NCBI GenBank assembly: GCA_003971905.1 | Contig: RSEE01000027.1 | Span: 124,001-188,000, forward strand | Length of the DNA: 64,000 nucleotides | DNA from: Moniliella sp. 'wahieum' | Lineage: Eukaryota | Reading direction: 5' to 3' | In this document: positions 39,303-52,249 of the stretch, piece by piece | Numbering within the stretch: position 1 is the stretch's first letter | Layout: the number at the start of each line of letters is the position of its first letter | Translations under genes and position numbers: made by a program | Notes under the pieces: model-generated | The model's input: the letters and a program-made list of their open reading frames with translations, nothing else | Database searches by the model: none | What the model was told of the DNA's origin: nothing

Positions 39303-42300
39303 ATGCCCACCGACCCCTCCGCCGAGCTGGGCCGCATCGGCGAGCTCAAGCGCTTCACCCTCTGGGAGACCCGCACCCACTTCTATCTAGTCGCATACAA
39401 CACCGCCCAGACCCGCTACCGCGTCCTCAAGGTCGATCGCTCCGTCCCCCAGCCCGCCCAATCAGCCCCATCCGCCCCATCCGCCCTCGGCCCCATCAGC
39501 CTCATCAGCCCCGTCGGCGCCACCGGCCTCGCCGGACCAGCACCCACCATCGCCGCCCCCGCCTGACCCCAGCACCCCCACAGCCGCTGCCTCCGGCCCC
39601 CACTCCCTCCATCGCTGGCTCCACTGCCGCGCCATCCGCCGCCTCCAGTGCGGCCAAGCACACCCTCCCGTCTTCCCTTGCCGCCTCCACCCCTCCGCGA
39701 ACACTGCCATCCCCGATAATGCGTCTCTCACCACCGCTGGCACTGTGGCACCTCCCTCTGCCCTCACATCCTCCCTATCCTATTCCGGCCCAGCTCCGAG
39801 TACAGCCACCACTGTCACCGCCACCCCGCTGCTCCCGCCCCGGGCCTGTCGGACCATGCCAGTCGCGCCCCCAATTTTTCCTTGTCGGCCAGCGGAGAGC
39901 CCTATCTGTATACTAACACGGCCGAGCGTGCTGTGGCGCCTCTGTATTACGCTGCCTCGGACGACCCTCCCGCGGAGGCGACCAGGGTGGCACAGGGGCC
40001 GCACCGACTCTGGCTCAGTCCAACCAGCAAGGCGTGCCTGCCTCCCACACCCCCATCCCATCCATCGCCCCCACCACCGTCACCTCTCCCAGGGAAAAAC
40101 TGAAGTGCCTGACCCTCTCCCAGCTCCGCCCCCGAGTGATGCAAGTGCCCCCGCCTGGCAGCTCAACATTGTTGCTGATAAGGTTGTGTATACGCGAAGC
40201 CAGATTGACATGCTCCTTGATGCCTTGCGGGAGGGCAACAAAGCATCTGGCGGCCTGACTGATCTGGGACGTTTCTATGGCATCGTCGGCTTTGTGCGGT
40301 TTACGCTGGGATACTACATGGTCCTCATCTCGCGCCGTTCGGTCGTTGCCCTTGTTGGGGCCACTACATTTACCACTGTGACGACACCTTGGTTCTTCCG
40401 GTAAGCGATCCAGCCCAGCTTGCAGCGCTTCCAGGCAAAAGCAAAGCGCGCGACCAAGCTGAGGCGCGGTACTTGGCCATATTTCGTCAGGTCGACTTGG
40501 CCAAGAACTTTTACTTTAGCTACACTTACGACTTGACCAACACTCTTCAAAACAACCTCACCGCCCCGCCCCCAAAAAACGGTCCGGATTCGTCTGCTTC
40601 GCCACCTGATGGGTACACTGCCACCCAGGCCCGCTACCAACCCCTGACCGCGTGGGGATTCAACGAAAAATTTGTTTGGAACCACCATCTGCTGATGCCA
40701 GCCTTTGGTTCCTCGGTCCACCACTCACCCCGTTGCAGCAGCTGGGTGGGCGACGCCTTCTGGATCGAACGAAGAAGATCTGACTCCCGCGGGAAGTGAG
40801 TGGGTCCTGCCACTGGTGTATGGGTTTGTGGACCAAGCCAAGCTGTCCGTGCTGAGCCGGACAGTGTACGTGACGCTGATCGCGCGGCGATCGAGGCATT
40901 TTGCTGGTGCCCGCTTCCTCAAGCGAGGCGTGACCGAGCATGGGCAAGTAGCCAACGATGTGGAAACAGAGCAGATCGTCTCTGAGCCACTTACCACTTC
41001 CTTCTTTGTCCCGGCTCAAGACCGTACTTTGGTGCACCCACTGCCACCGCAGGCCATCCGTTCGCAGCTGAGGGCAGGGACGAGCGGAGCGCGGCAGGGA
41101 CTGTGGGCGCCTTGTCCCCGGTTCACATCCTATGTGATGCATCGCGGCTCGATCCCGGTGTACTGGACCCAAGACTCGACCAATATGAGCCCGCGTCCGC
41201 CGATCGAGATGAGCGTGGTGGACCCATACTATTCAGCAGCCGCGCTGCACTTTGACGATCTCTTCCGTCGTTATGGGGCGCCGGTGATCGTGCTCAACCT
41301 AATCAAGGCAAGGGAAGCAGAGGAGTCCAAGTTGCTCTGGGCGTTCAGTGAGTGCATCCAATACCTCGATCAATTCCTACCCCGTGGCGCGCTCAAGTAC
41401 ATTGCCTGGGACATGTCCCGTGCCAGCAAGTCCCACGACCAAGATGTCATTGGCGTTTTGGAAGACATTGCGGAGGAGACGCTGGACGCAACCCAGTTCT
41501 TTCACTCGGGCCCTCCTGCCTCGTCTCGCTCTCAGCACTGGTCAACTCGGCGGGACCGGGAGGGGCCACCTCTGCTGCGGCCGCGGCCGAGGCAGCCGCC
41601 TGCCGAGGAAGCGTCCCATGGACAACCCGCTTGGATTCAGTTGCAGTCTGGAGTGGTACGAGTCAACTGTGTGGATTGCCTGGATCGTACCAATGCGGCG
41701 CAGTTCATGATTGGCAAAGCGGCGCTGGCTCATCAACTGCGGGCGTTGGGTTTGCTGGCAGCCCCCTCACTCCCGTTTGATTGCGATGCGGTCAACATGC
41801 TGACCGAAATGTACCACGATTTGGGCGATACGATTGCACTGCAGTGGCGGATCGCACTTGGTGAACACGGTGGCCACCTATCGCAAGATTAATGCTTGGT
41901 CCTCCCACTCGCGTGACATGCTCGAGGGCTTGAAGCGATACTATGCCAACTCGTTCATTGATGCCGAGAAACAAGCCGCAATCAATTTGTTCTTGGGCGT
42001 GGACGATGCGCCGGGGCCCGGTACGTTCTCTGCCTCTGCTCTGTCCGGACGCGCTGCCCCACGCATCCGAAACAGTCAGCCATCGGGCCCCAGCCTTAGT
42101 TCCGCCACCTCCGCCACGCCCACTTGCCCGCCAGTGGGCACGGTCAGCCGTGCAGGCGTGCCTGGGCTCGCCAACAGCGCTGGTCCGTCCTAGAACGCGT
42201 CAACCATCCACGCTACCGTGACTGGTACGTGCCGGCCCACATAAAATCGTTGCAGACGACGGCGGAGCGGGCGGATCGGCAAGCGAGGCTCGCCGCCGTT

Positions 42301-43178
42301 GTCGCGCCGATCAGGCGGGCTTTTGGACCGGTTATTACCGCCCTCGCCTCTTTACCGACTTGGCGCGCCACCATGCTTTCAAGATGACCGAGATGCCCCA
42401 GGCGCTTCCGCCACCTGGCGCACCCGATCCTCTTGTTGTTCTCTCCCCCTTTGTGCAGCCACGGAGGGGAATGGATGGCATTGTGGCGCGGCGGGCGGTG
42501 CATGCGCGCAAACCACCGTTGCCGGCCCATGTCGCGATGCCCATTCACGAGCTCGGCCCCGCCGTCGGCGCGAGGGCCACTGGATGGGGCGACGAAGGAA
42601 ACGTGTCGGCCTTGCGAAGAAGGAGAGGATGTGGTGCCAGACGCGCCGTTGGAGAGGGAGGAAGAAGAAGAACCGAAGGACGACGAGTGGACGCATGCAG
42701 CGCTCAATTCGGTCGCCGTCCTGGAATCGGCCTGTGGCCGGCCCTCTGCCGATCACCAGCAAACGCAGTCGACGGTCCCAATACTATGCGCGATACACTG
42801 CTTCGTCATCAGCGCCGCCGTCGGGCACGCGGGGCAAGCCGGCACCCTTGGTTGGCACGAAGGTCCCCTCGGCCGATCTGGAGAGTGTACGCCCACATGG
42901 TTACCCAGATGGGCCCGCCGCCTGCCCCGACGCAGGGGCGACGTTCGGCCCCAGTCCCGACTGCTGCCTCTGTACTTTTGACTCCTTGGACTCAAGCAAA
43001 ACATCGTCCACCAGCTGGCTCGCTCCCTCGGCCTTGGCATATGCTGAGGTGCTCCCCGGTTGCCAAGGCGGTGCGGGACGAGTTGGACCCGAACGATGAC
43101 AAGATCTGTGTGAATATACTCGATGGGTCCATGGGCCCTTTGATGGGGGGCTATTGGAGTTCAGTCGGGATGCATTGA
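39303..43178 (+). CDS. FIG4: Polyphosphoinositide 5-phosphatase Fig4/Sac3
   Basis: N-terminal [85 protein letters not shown], catalytic [16 protein letters not shown] (CX5RT), [21 protein letters not shown]; 3' end approximate. Confidence 0.93.
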
Positions 43179-43385
43179 GCTCACTCGCCTACTCGCATTA
43201 TATGCATGATGATGATTGGCACGCTTTGGCTTTAGATAGGTGCGGGTATATGTTCCAGGTGCTCAAACAGGTTGTTCTTCATCCCATCATGAACGTTCTC
43301 CATGTGCTGGTAGCAGCCAAGAATTATGGGCCGTAGACGAGAAAAATGACGATAGCTTTGGCGAATCTTTGAGGTAGGCATCCAT

Positions 43386-44237
43386 TGTTACGGGCGCTCC
43401 GGTTATCCGGACGCTGAGCCCGCTTGTGTAGACATCTCAGATCTCAGCCCAGCCCCAACACGTTGTCAGTCCTTAGACTAGCGAGAGAAGCAGTCGACAC
43501 CAATCGATTATCCATACCCGCCATGGTCTCATGGGCTCATCGGTACGATGCTTTGTGCCCATTTAGCAGAACCCTTCCTGCTGCGCCCGACTACGCAGCG
43601 TCAGCGCCTTTGAGAGCACGGGCTGTGCATTAGTCTTTACCTCTCTGGAAAGTGCCCCGCATTCTGTCTATTATATACCTGTCATGGGGTCCTTGAGACC
43701 TGGTTCCTTCTGCTGTATATAAGCAGCCATGTCTCAGGCTTGCTAGCTGTGGTCCTTGTCGACCACATTCTGTCTTTGGTCTCCTCCATTACCAGTTCAT
43801 CTCTCGCCATTCCACCTTCTATCACCCTTACGTTTACGAATTTATGACTTACGTCGAGTACGCTGCAAGCCGCGGTTACTCCCATAAGTAGCGCTTGCTC
43901 TTCTTTATGACTCTGTCTGTTCCGCCTACTACAGCGTACCGAGTGTGTAACGCTGCGAGGAACAAAGAACTTCGGAGCTCCTGGACCCCTTCAGCTGGTC
44001 TAATGACCTACGTACGCGGCTCCTACCTCGAAGGGTCTGAGTTACGGCCTTTGCACGCACACAGCCACCGAAACTAGAGGATCTCTCCTCATCGCCTCTA
44101 CACCCGCTCGGTTCAACGTTCGACCAGGATCTGAAGCACTGTGGGACCTAACGTACGAGACACCGATTGGCTTGTCCAAGGGTTTATCCCTAATAAGCTA
44201 CAGGGGGGTTCCCCCCCCCGGGACCTCCCCCATGACA
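43386..44237 (+). mobile_element. Candidate solo LTR
   Basis: Begins TGTTACGGG and ends CCCATGACA, flanked by TCCAT / TTCAT (4/5 target-site match); an internal alternative start TGTCATGGGG at 43680 is a perfect 10-bp inverted match to the end; TATATAAG at about 43716; no convincing ORF. Confidence 0.4.
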
Positions 44238-46162
44238 TTCATCATGATGGTATTATACACTTACGGATCTGGGGTGGTGGGTAACCCAGTCTATGTTTCC
44301 CCGGCCGCTGGGAACATGCCAACATCGTACAGAATGTCAGATTCACTCTGTGCTAGGCTTGGCCCACTAGACCCGTATGAGCCCCTAGGTTGTGATTGCT
44401 ATCAGTTGGGAGATCTTGCGTTCACATTCACCTCTCAGCTGTGCCCCTTCCTTCTGCGGTGCTACATCTGAACTTCTAGTCCGTCCATAAGTCCATGATG
44501 TTTGCAATATCCAACTGCTTCCCTTTCCTCTACCTCACGTTTCCTGACACAGAAGCATAGCTGATGGGAGCGTGTCCCTGTGCTCCTTCGATGATCGCGC
44601 CCGGTGAGATAGGCTGTGTGCGCAAGAAGAGGATGGGGTGAATGGAGGGGGCGTTTGGAAGTCGAGCGATTCCATGTATGCATGTCTCGTATAGAGCGCT
44701 CCCGTTCAACACGGCGCACCAGTCTTATCAGCTTCATGCCACAGAATACGCATCCATTGAGCCCCAAACATCTTGGAACCTTGGGTTCTTCGCGGATTTC
44801 GCTGTTTAGTATAGCATAGCAACGTCGAAAAAAACGCATTTTGTGGGAACAGGACCGCCCCCCGCGTCGGTGTGCAGGTGTGTGACGCTACACTGGTGTA
44901 GTGGCGCCGGCGGCCCAAGTCCGGAACCTTCGAGTTCATTTCTTGCAATATTCCTTGGCGGGCAGGAATATTCTCTAGCCTCTTGCACACACCATCATCT
45001 GTCTGGTCGCGTGTCTTTCACAATGGATTCACCTGTGACGAGCGGGGGAGTCGTCGCACGGTAACCGACCGTAAGAAGACAGCACTGGGCTGAGGCGCTG
45101 AGGGTAATACAATGCTAGGCCAAAAAAGCTCTGTGTATAATAATTGTGCGAGGCGCCGGCCCCGTTCCGCTTCTGTTCCGCTCCTTCCTGTTCCGCCTCC
45201 GGCTGCCTTCCCCTGATTGCATCCACATCACCTCTTCACCTGCCTTGCTCGCCTGCCACTGCCACATAACATAAGAGGAGGTGCCCTGTGTACTGTGGGA
45301 CGGAAACAAGTCAGGATAGGTCACCTAATCTTTCAGAGTGCACGAATAGCGAGCAACAGCGAGCAAGGTCGGCTTCGCGACCGCCTTGATCAAAGCCATG
45401 TTCGCGGCCAGTGGTTACCTGGTTACGCATTACGCGTTCAGTGCTACATGCATGACATCACACATCACACACATCACAATACACTGGAACGGTCTGAGAT
45501 CTGAGACTGGAGTTCTGACATGGCAGAACATAAGACCTGAGGTCAGGAGATCTGAGACCTGGGGTCAGCTAAGGCGCTGAGGCGCTGGGGCGCTGAGGTC
45601 ACCGGTCAGGCCAGGCCCAGGTCTCATGATCTCATCGATCACATCATACCACACACATCACGCATCGTCGGCCACCCTAGTCACCGCGTCACCGGCCAGA
45701 CAACCAGGACCGAAGGCGCCCCTAAAATTATAAAAGGCCAGAGGCCTATAACCTGTAACATGTAACAGGGCCTAAGGCCTAATGCATAATGCAAAACTAG
45801 CCTAACTAGAGCAACAGCTACCTGGACCCCTTCTGAGTGGGGCCTGATACACGAGGGCTGGTAGATGCATTATCGATCCTTGATCGATGCCTGAACGTCC
45901 TGAACGTCCTGAAATCGGCTGGTCTCCATCACAGTCAACGTCAACGATGCGAAGTGCCAAGTGGACCCATCTAAGTGTCTGAGCCCCAAGTTGATGGCGA
46001 TTGCGTTTGCTCCCACACCTCGCTACCCTGTTCTGTATCTCCTCTTAGATCTAGATCTTAATTACACACTTCCCGTGCCACTTCTTGAACTCCTCCCAAA
46101 CAACGATTGTGAATATTAAATTGCCGGCAAGTTGGTCAAGCTACGGCAAAAACACTCAACCC

Positions 46163-49100
46163 TTTTTACAACGTCCATTTCATTGGCAGACTTAAGAAGG
46201 CGGGACAGGGGGAACGCTACGTCTAAACCTAACCGTTCATCTTGCGGGGGTTACTTAGGGGCGCCACCAGGGTCAAGGAACCAGGGGGATCGCCAGGATA
46301 TCAGGACCCTCCGGCTCATGCCATCCGGTCCGCCCTAGGAAGCGCGTATGGACACGGAGGAACGTGGTTGACATCCGAGCGAGGAACCACTTCCACTGAG
46401 ACTTAGTAGCCAAACTCCTTCCAATGCGCAAACAACTTGCTCGCCGTCTTGGTGCCATAGTATACCTCGCGTCCGTCAAAACCAGGGGGAAAACGTCTCT
46501 TGAGTGCGTCCTGGTACTGTGGCGTTCTTCTCGCATTCTGCTTGTTCAAGCATCCGAAGCAGTCATCTCTCCCGGCGTTCCAAGGGGGTTGCGGTGCTCG
46601 CGGTGCACCACCCTCCGGAACGCGCTCTCGCTGCCAGTGATCCCGTGCGCGCAGCGTGTGGTCGACCTCCATTCCTGATCCTCCCAGTGCTCCGGGTCCC
46701 ATCACGCGGTAGTCAGTGCGCTGTGTCCTCTGTCTCCGGCCATCCTCGTCCTCCACCATTGGTTCGTTGTGGACATGGGTGTCGGGAATGGAGCGTAGGA
46801 GCTGGAGAATGGGCTCCCGCACGCGTCATGCAACGCTCCAAACTTGGCCTGGGAGCGAGTGCAATACATGATGTGCTCCAGCGAGGACATGACACCGCAC
46901 TTGCACATGCTGCGCGTGGTGCGGCACAGCGTGCGGAGCTGGAGGCCAACCTGGACCTGCTGGTCGGAGAGCCTGAGGTACGGGACGGACGGAATGGCGG
47001 AGAGCCAGTTGTGTGCTCAGCGGGTTGCTGTGCTCAACCACGTGACGACCATCGGCAGCGTCCAGCTTCTGGAGCAGCTCCTGTCGACTTTTCTCCCACA
47101 TCTCGCGGCAGCGCTGGCGTTGCTTCGTAAATGCGTTGGCCTCTGCCGTTTGCGGTCCCGAACGGTCAACATAAGTGGTAATAAGTAGTCGTTGACCTCG
47201 TTGGCCGCGGCACGGGCGTGGGGCGCGATATACGAGTAAAGCGGGCTGCCGCATCCTCCTAGCCGGAGAGGCAGGCTCATGAGCATGTCGAAGGTCGTCC
47301 TTGGCACCTTGGGGATCCTCGTCGCCCCGGATCCGTCTGAACTCCGTACAGATGAAGGCATCGATCTCGGCCAGCACTTCGTCTAGCTCTCCTTCCATCT
47401 GCATGGTGCGGAGCAGGTGGCGCAGCTTGGTCTGAGTGCTGAGCCCCATAGTAAGAGGCGTCCCTGGCGGGTGATGCCATCAAACTTAGGCATGTCTCCC
47501 TCAGACTGGCCAGTTGGGCCCGAGCCACGATCGACGACAGTCTACCCCTCCCACACAAGTGCCCAGAACCTGCAGACCATCCTCCCGGATCTGGTCCCGG
47601 TCCGCTCGACGCACTTGCGCAGGTTTGAGCTTGAGGCCTGACGCGTCGTCTTCCAAAATCTCCGCAGCTTGGCCGGTAATGCCTGGCTCTGGACCGAAAA
47701 TGGTAATGTCGTCCAGGTATGCCATCACCAGGTGCCCCGGCGGCAGAGCAATGCTCAACTCTCTAGCGTGGGCCGCACTGCGATGGAGAAGAAAAAGGGG
47801 CGAGGGGGTCGCCCTGCCGCACGCCCTCTGCCGACAGGACGCTGGTCTCATTTCCGCCCGACGCAACCCAAAGCTGGGTGGGGGAACCATAGATCCACCG
47901 GCCCAAGGTGAGGAGGTGGGGGGCTAGGCATGGAGCGCCTTGGCGAGTGTGCGACGGCGCACAGTGTTGAACGCGTGTGGTAAGTCGAGCATGGCGACGT
48001 GGCTGAAGTCGCCCATTTCCGCATCGTTCTCCCCGCTGGCGCTGTCATGCGCTCGACCATCCGCACGATAGGCTCCACCGTTTGCGATGCTTACTCCCAG
48101 CTGGGGTGGGGAGAAGCCAGCTGTTGGGTTGATCGCTCGAGCGATGGCCTTGCGCACAGGCGGTAGATCAGCTCCCCACAGGCGATGGGGCGGATACCTC
48201 CCGACTTTCCAGGGGTTAAGGCGGGGAGGCCAACAGGAGCTCGCGTCCAGGGGCAGTGCCGTGGTAAATACTTTGTGGGCGGTGAGAAAGGTGACGAAGC
48301 GTTCGCATCCAAGGGCCGTTTTCAGGAGGGGCTGGGTCCACCCGGATAGACCTGCCCCAACGTCGATTCTGAACGTGGCAATCAGAGCAACAAAGTCGAT
48401 TTCGTCCAAGTCCACCACGATGCGGTTACTGTCCGTCGTGTCGGTGAGGGTGGTGCCCGGCGGTACCTCGCGGCCTGTGTGGGTAGGACGAGTGCGGCTG
48501 GAGGCGTTGCTGAAGGCTGTGCCCGGACCGAGGTTGAAGGGGTTCGCCTCTCCAACGGGGTGGAGCTTTTCCAGGCTGCCTGGGTCTCGGGGGTGTGAGA
48601 GGGCAATGGTGGATTGGCCGACGAGGGTACTTGCTGCACGGCTGAGGCAGCCCTCCCGAATGAGGCGATTGGCTTTGGTGACTGGGTCGGGAGCTTCGCG
48701 CGTTGAGAAGTGGGGGGGAGGGAGTTGCCAGGCCTTGTTGGGATACGTCCCGATGAGGTCATGTCCTTGTTGTGGTGGCGAGAGTACTTCCTTCGGCACC
48801 GCTAGAATATCCATCAGGTGTGCGAGGGCTCCTGCAAGTAAGCATCTGCCAGGCGTTCGAGCATCTTGAGGAAAGGGCGCTTCAGGTGTGGCGGTATCTT
48901 GCGGTGCCTGGCGTTCGGCAAGGGCGGTCAACGGGGGAGGAGGTCGGCCCCCGTGTCGGTCGAGGGGTTGCGCGGCCGTCTGGTGGTGGTGGTGGTGGTG
49001 GGGGGGGGGGAGGGGGCGGGGTGGTGTGCGGGGGCGAGGGGGGGTTGAGGGGTGAGGGTGGCGGGGGCGGGGGGGGCTGTCTGCGCGGGGGTGCGGCGCG

Positions 49101-49680
49101 GGCGTGGGGTAGTGGGGCGTGGGCCTCGGCACCGTTGCCATTGGTTGGCTGCTCGGAGGCCAGCCGGGGGCTGCGCGCGGGGGTGGCGGGTTGGGGGTTG
49201 GGGAGGAGGGGCGTGCCTTGACCCAGTACTTCGGGCACCGGGTCCGGCTTCGGAGTTGCGGGGACAGCGGAGTCTGTTGGCCAGGGACTCCGCAGCGACC
49301 GCATTTGCACGTGCGCACAGGGGGCAAGTCGGTGGTGGTGGGACGGGGACGGGGTGGTGGGGATGGGGGTGGGGGCGGCGCGGGCGTGGCGGGCGTGTCA
49401 CGTGCCAGGACCCCGGGTGGCAGCGAGCCGGCGCCGGTCACGTGGTCAGGCATCTGCTCAGGTTGAGTGAATGTCTCATCGACCGGCACTTGGTGCTCTG
49501 GGGCCAGAGGGCGGGCGTAGGGGAAAGGGCGGGTGTGGGAGACGGAGCGGGAGCGGGGGGCGGGGCTCCCGGGAGGGGGGCGTCTCGGGCGCCAGGACCT
49601 CCTCGGGGATCCGCCGTACGGGTGCGCAACACCATGGGCGGTGCCGAGGTGGTGTAAAGCGCAAATAAAGCCAAGGCCTA
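46163..49680 (-). mobile_element. CRE-clade (Cnl1/MoTeR/SLACS-like) non-LTR retrotransposon: RT + CCHC + restriction-like endonuclease, frameshifted
   Basis: RT motifs GLSGWT, KSGGIRPIACGELIYRL, QLGVS, LDLxHAFNTVRR, GVRQGDP, MAYLDD, GLQVLG; C-terminal CKCGVMSSLEHIMYC, LHD, NEP..RTD..GMEVDHTL; Pro-rich N-terminus from ATG 49635; short A5 run at the 3' end (T5 at 46163-46167 on +). Confidence 0.88.
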
Positions 49681-52249
49681 AGGGCCTATAAAGCCTAACA
49701 AGAGCTCAAGCCCTAATAAGCCCTACGCGCTAAGCCTCTGCCATGTACTAGCTCTGCCTGGTCCAACTTCGGAGAGCTTTAGCGCTAAGCTTTTAGCGCT
49801 TAGCTAAGCCTTGACGCTGTTTTTGATTTGAAGCTGCTTGATGCTTGATGAGCTTGATGCTTGATGCTTGAAGCTTGAAGCCTCTTGGCCTCAAGCTCCT
49901 GAAGCCGGAGGAGGAGGCTGATCCTCAGCCAACCTCGTTGCCAGACCTGCGTTCTCTAGAACGCCTCTCTAAACACGCAACTCTCCATCACCCAAGCAAA
50001 TTAACGCGGGGAACTCAGCTTGTTCCCCGTTACGCGTTCCGGTTACAAGGGGTTACGCGTGTTATGCACGCTCCATGCACCATGCTACCATGCTATATGC
50101 GACGCGCCCAGCTGCGTTGAAAACTGTGAATCAACTTTACAACCATTTACTACAATGTTTTAGGCCTTAGGCCTTGGGTTCCAAGAGGTTCAACACTGCG
50201 TTCAACTGAGCGGTTAAAAGCTCGCGTTCAAGCTTTTCAGCTTCAAAAGGTACTTCTTATACTGGAGGCACTGTGCTGCCGGTCCTAGGTACTTAAGAAC
50301 GGAATGTTGAACACTGGTGCCGGGTGGGCAATGCAGCAATGCGTGTACCGCTTTTGATTGTTACCTGTTATACTTTGGCACTTCATATAACCACAGCACA
50401 GCAAAAATGAAAAAGGCGCCATGGACCACGCACACTCTCTCTGACACGCCGTCTCTACGCTATAGAGGAGGGCTAGTAGTAGATAGTAACTAGTAAGGCC
50501 TAAGGGCAGGTCCAGCGGTAAGAAAAAGCGAGAATCGATCATCAATCATTAATCAGCCCCATAACGTTTTGCGTTTAACATCGAGGAGCGGGGGTTGACC
50601 ACGTTGACCGGTGATCGATGATCCGAGGCTATTGGATGGCGAGTGTTGCGGGCTGGCAGTTTGTTTGTTTGAATGACTTGAGTTGATACTGAAACAACCA
50701 CGTCGGACCGAGGCGCCGAGGCCCGAGGAAAGCTAGTACTAGTGACTAGTGACTAGTAGCTGCTAAGTAACTAACTCGCAAAAGAGCCGTTTTCTACTCC
50801 ACTAGCCACTCCCGCTGTTGGCTTGGCAGATGGTGCATGATGTGCATGATGCATGATGCATGAGATCGAGAGCAGAATGATAGCGATGCCACGTGTCCAT
50901 GTCAGTAGCTATTTGCAAATTGCACTATTCATCACGCATCAGACGTCACATCAGATCTCAGATCTCAGATAGGTCTTTCCCATCGTGTTCACCTGCATGT
51001 CACACTCATCCAGCTGCCAAATGAGCTAACTTTGCCAGAAGCCCCAGGTACCCGTTGCACGTAGACGGTGGCCAGTTCGAAGCTTGAAGAGCTGAAGCTA
51101 GCTTAAATTTTAACGCTTAATCGATAATCAGTACTCAGTACGTTCAGTAACTAGTAAACGTCTAAGTACGTTAACGTTGACGTTGTTAACATTGTTCACT
51201 GAAGATTGAGCACGTTCAACTCTTCAACGTATTCGGTCCTTGGACCGTCCACAGTCGGTCCTCAGGTTCTCAGGACCATCCATACTTGGTACTTGGTATC
51301 AAATCGGTACCGAACCGTTCCAGCAATGTTCTCGGCTGCCGATGGTGCAGCACTGTCAAGGAACGCCCTCGGTGTCACGGGCGGGCGCCGCCAGGGGGCC
51401 CGCCCTGGGGGTTTTTGGGGTACAATCCCTTAGGAGACGGAAGGTCGACTCACGGTAGTTTCGGGCTTGGGCTGGTTGGTGTGTCCGAGCGGAGCTAGGG
51501 ACAAGGAGAGGCCTTTGGTGGGGCGGCTGCAGGTGTGGCAAGGCTGCGTCTACACCGGCTTGGGCCGTAGTAACGTGTCTGAAGCTCCGGGACTTAGGGA
51601 CGGAGGAGGCAGCGGCGGACAAACACTGCCTTAACTGAGACGGGAATCGCCGCGACCGAAGGAGGGCTCGCGCGATTGGACTGACGAAGGGCTGGAGGAC
51701 GAGGTCGGAGGAGAAGTCGGACGCTAACAAGAGAAGCTGCCTGTACTGGATAAATTGGCTGGGAACGGCAGGGGTCGGACAGGATAGGCGGGAAAGGGAC
51801 GAAAGTAGAGACGAGAAAGGACGAGAATGGAAGGTGGGGGAAAAGATCCCATCAACCAGGGGTACAGGCAGGATCAAAAGGGAAACGGGTACAAGAGGGG
51901 GTGTAGAAAGGAAGACATGTCAAAAGCGGGGTTGGTCGCCGCAGGCGCGACCGAGAAAGGAAAAGGAAACGGGGACGAGGCGGCAGACGCCGCACGGCAT
52001 TGGAAGCTCGGGGCCTTATTTAGGCCGGCCGACGTGGACTGGGCGGGAGGCGACTGTTGTCGCGCTGAGCATGGCCCTCGGCCACGATACTTAATTTAGC
52101 CAACCATCATCACAATCGGTTGGCCTGCGGAGCACGCTCTACTGGGCCTGTGCGGAGCAGACGGGCCTCAGCTTCGGTCGGACCATCTCGTGTCCGCCGC
52201 AGCCCGTGACACTCGGCGTTCGGCGTCACGCGTGCAACGAGGTAGTCGG

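Noticed and set aside
19144..43178. Pseudogene calls for frameshifted housekeeping genes
   Set aside because: Conserved motifs are intact and frameshifts affect all genes equally; sequencing error is more likely.
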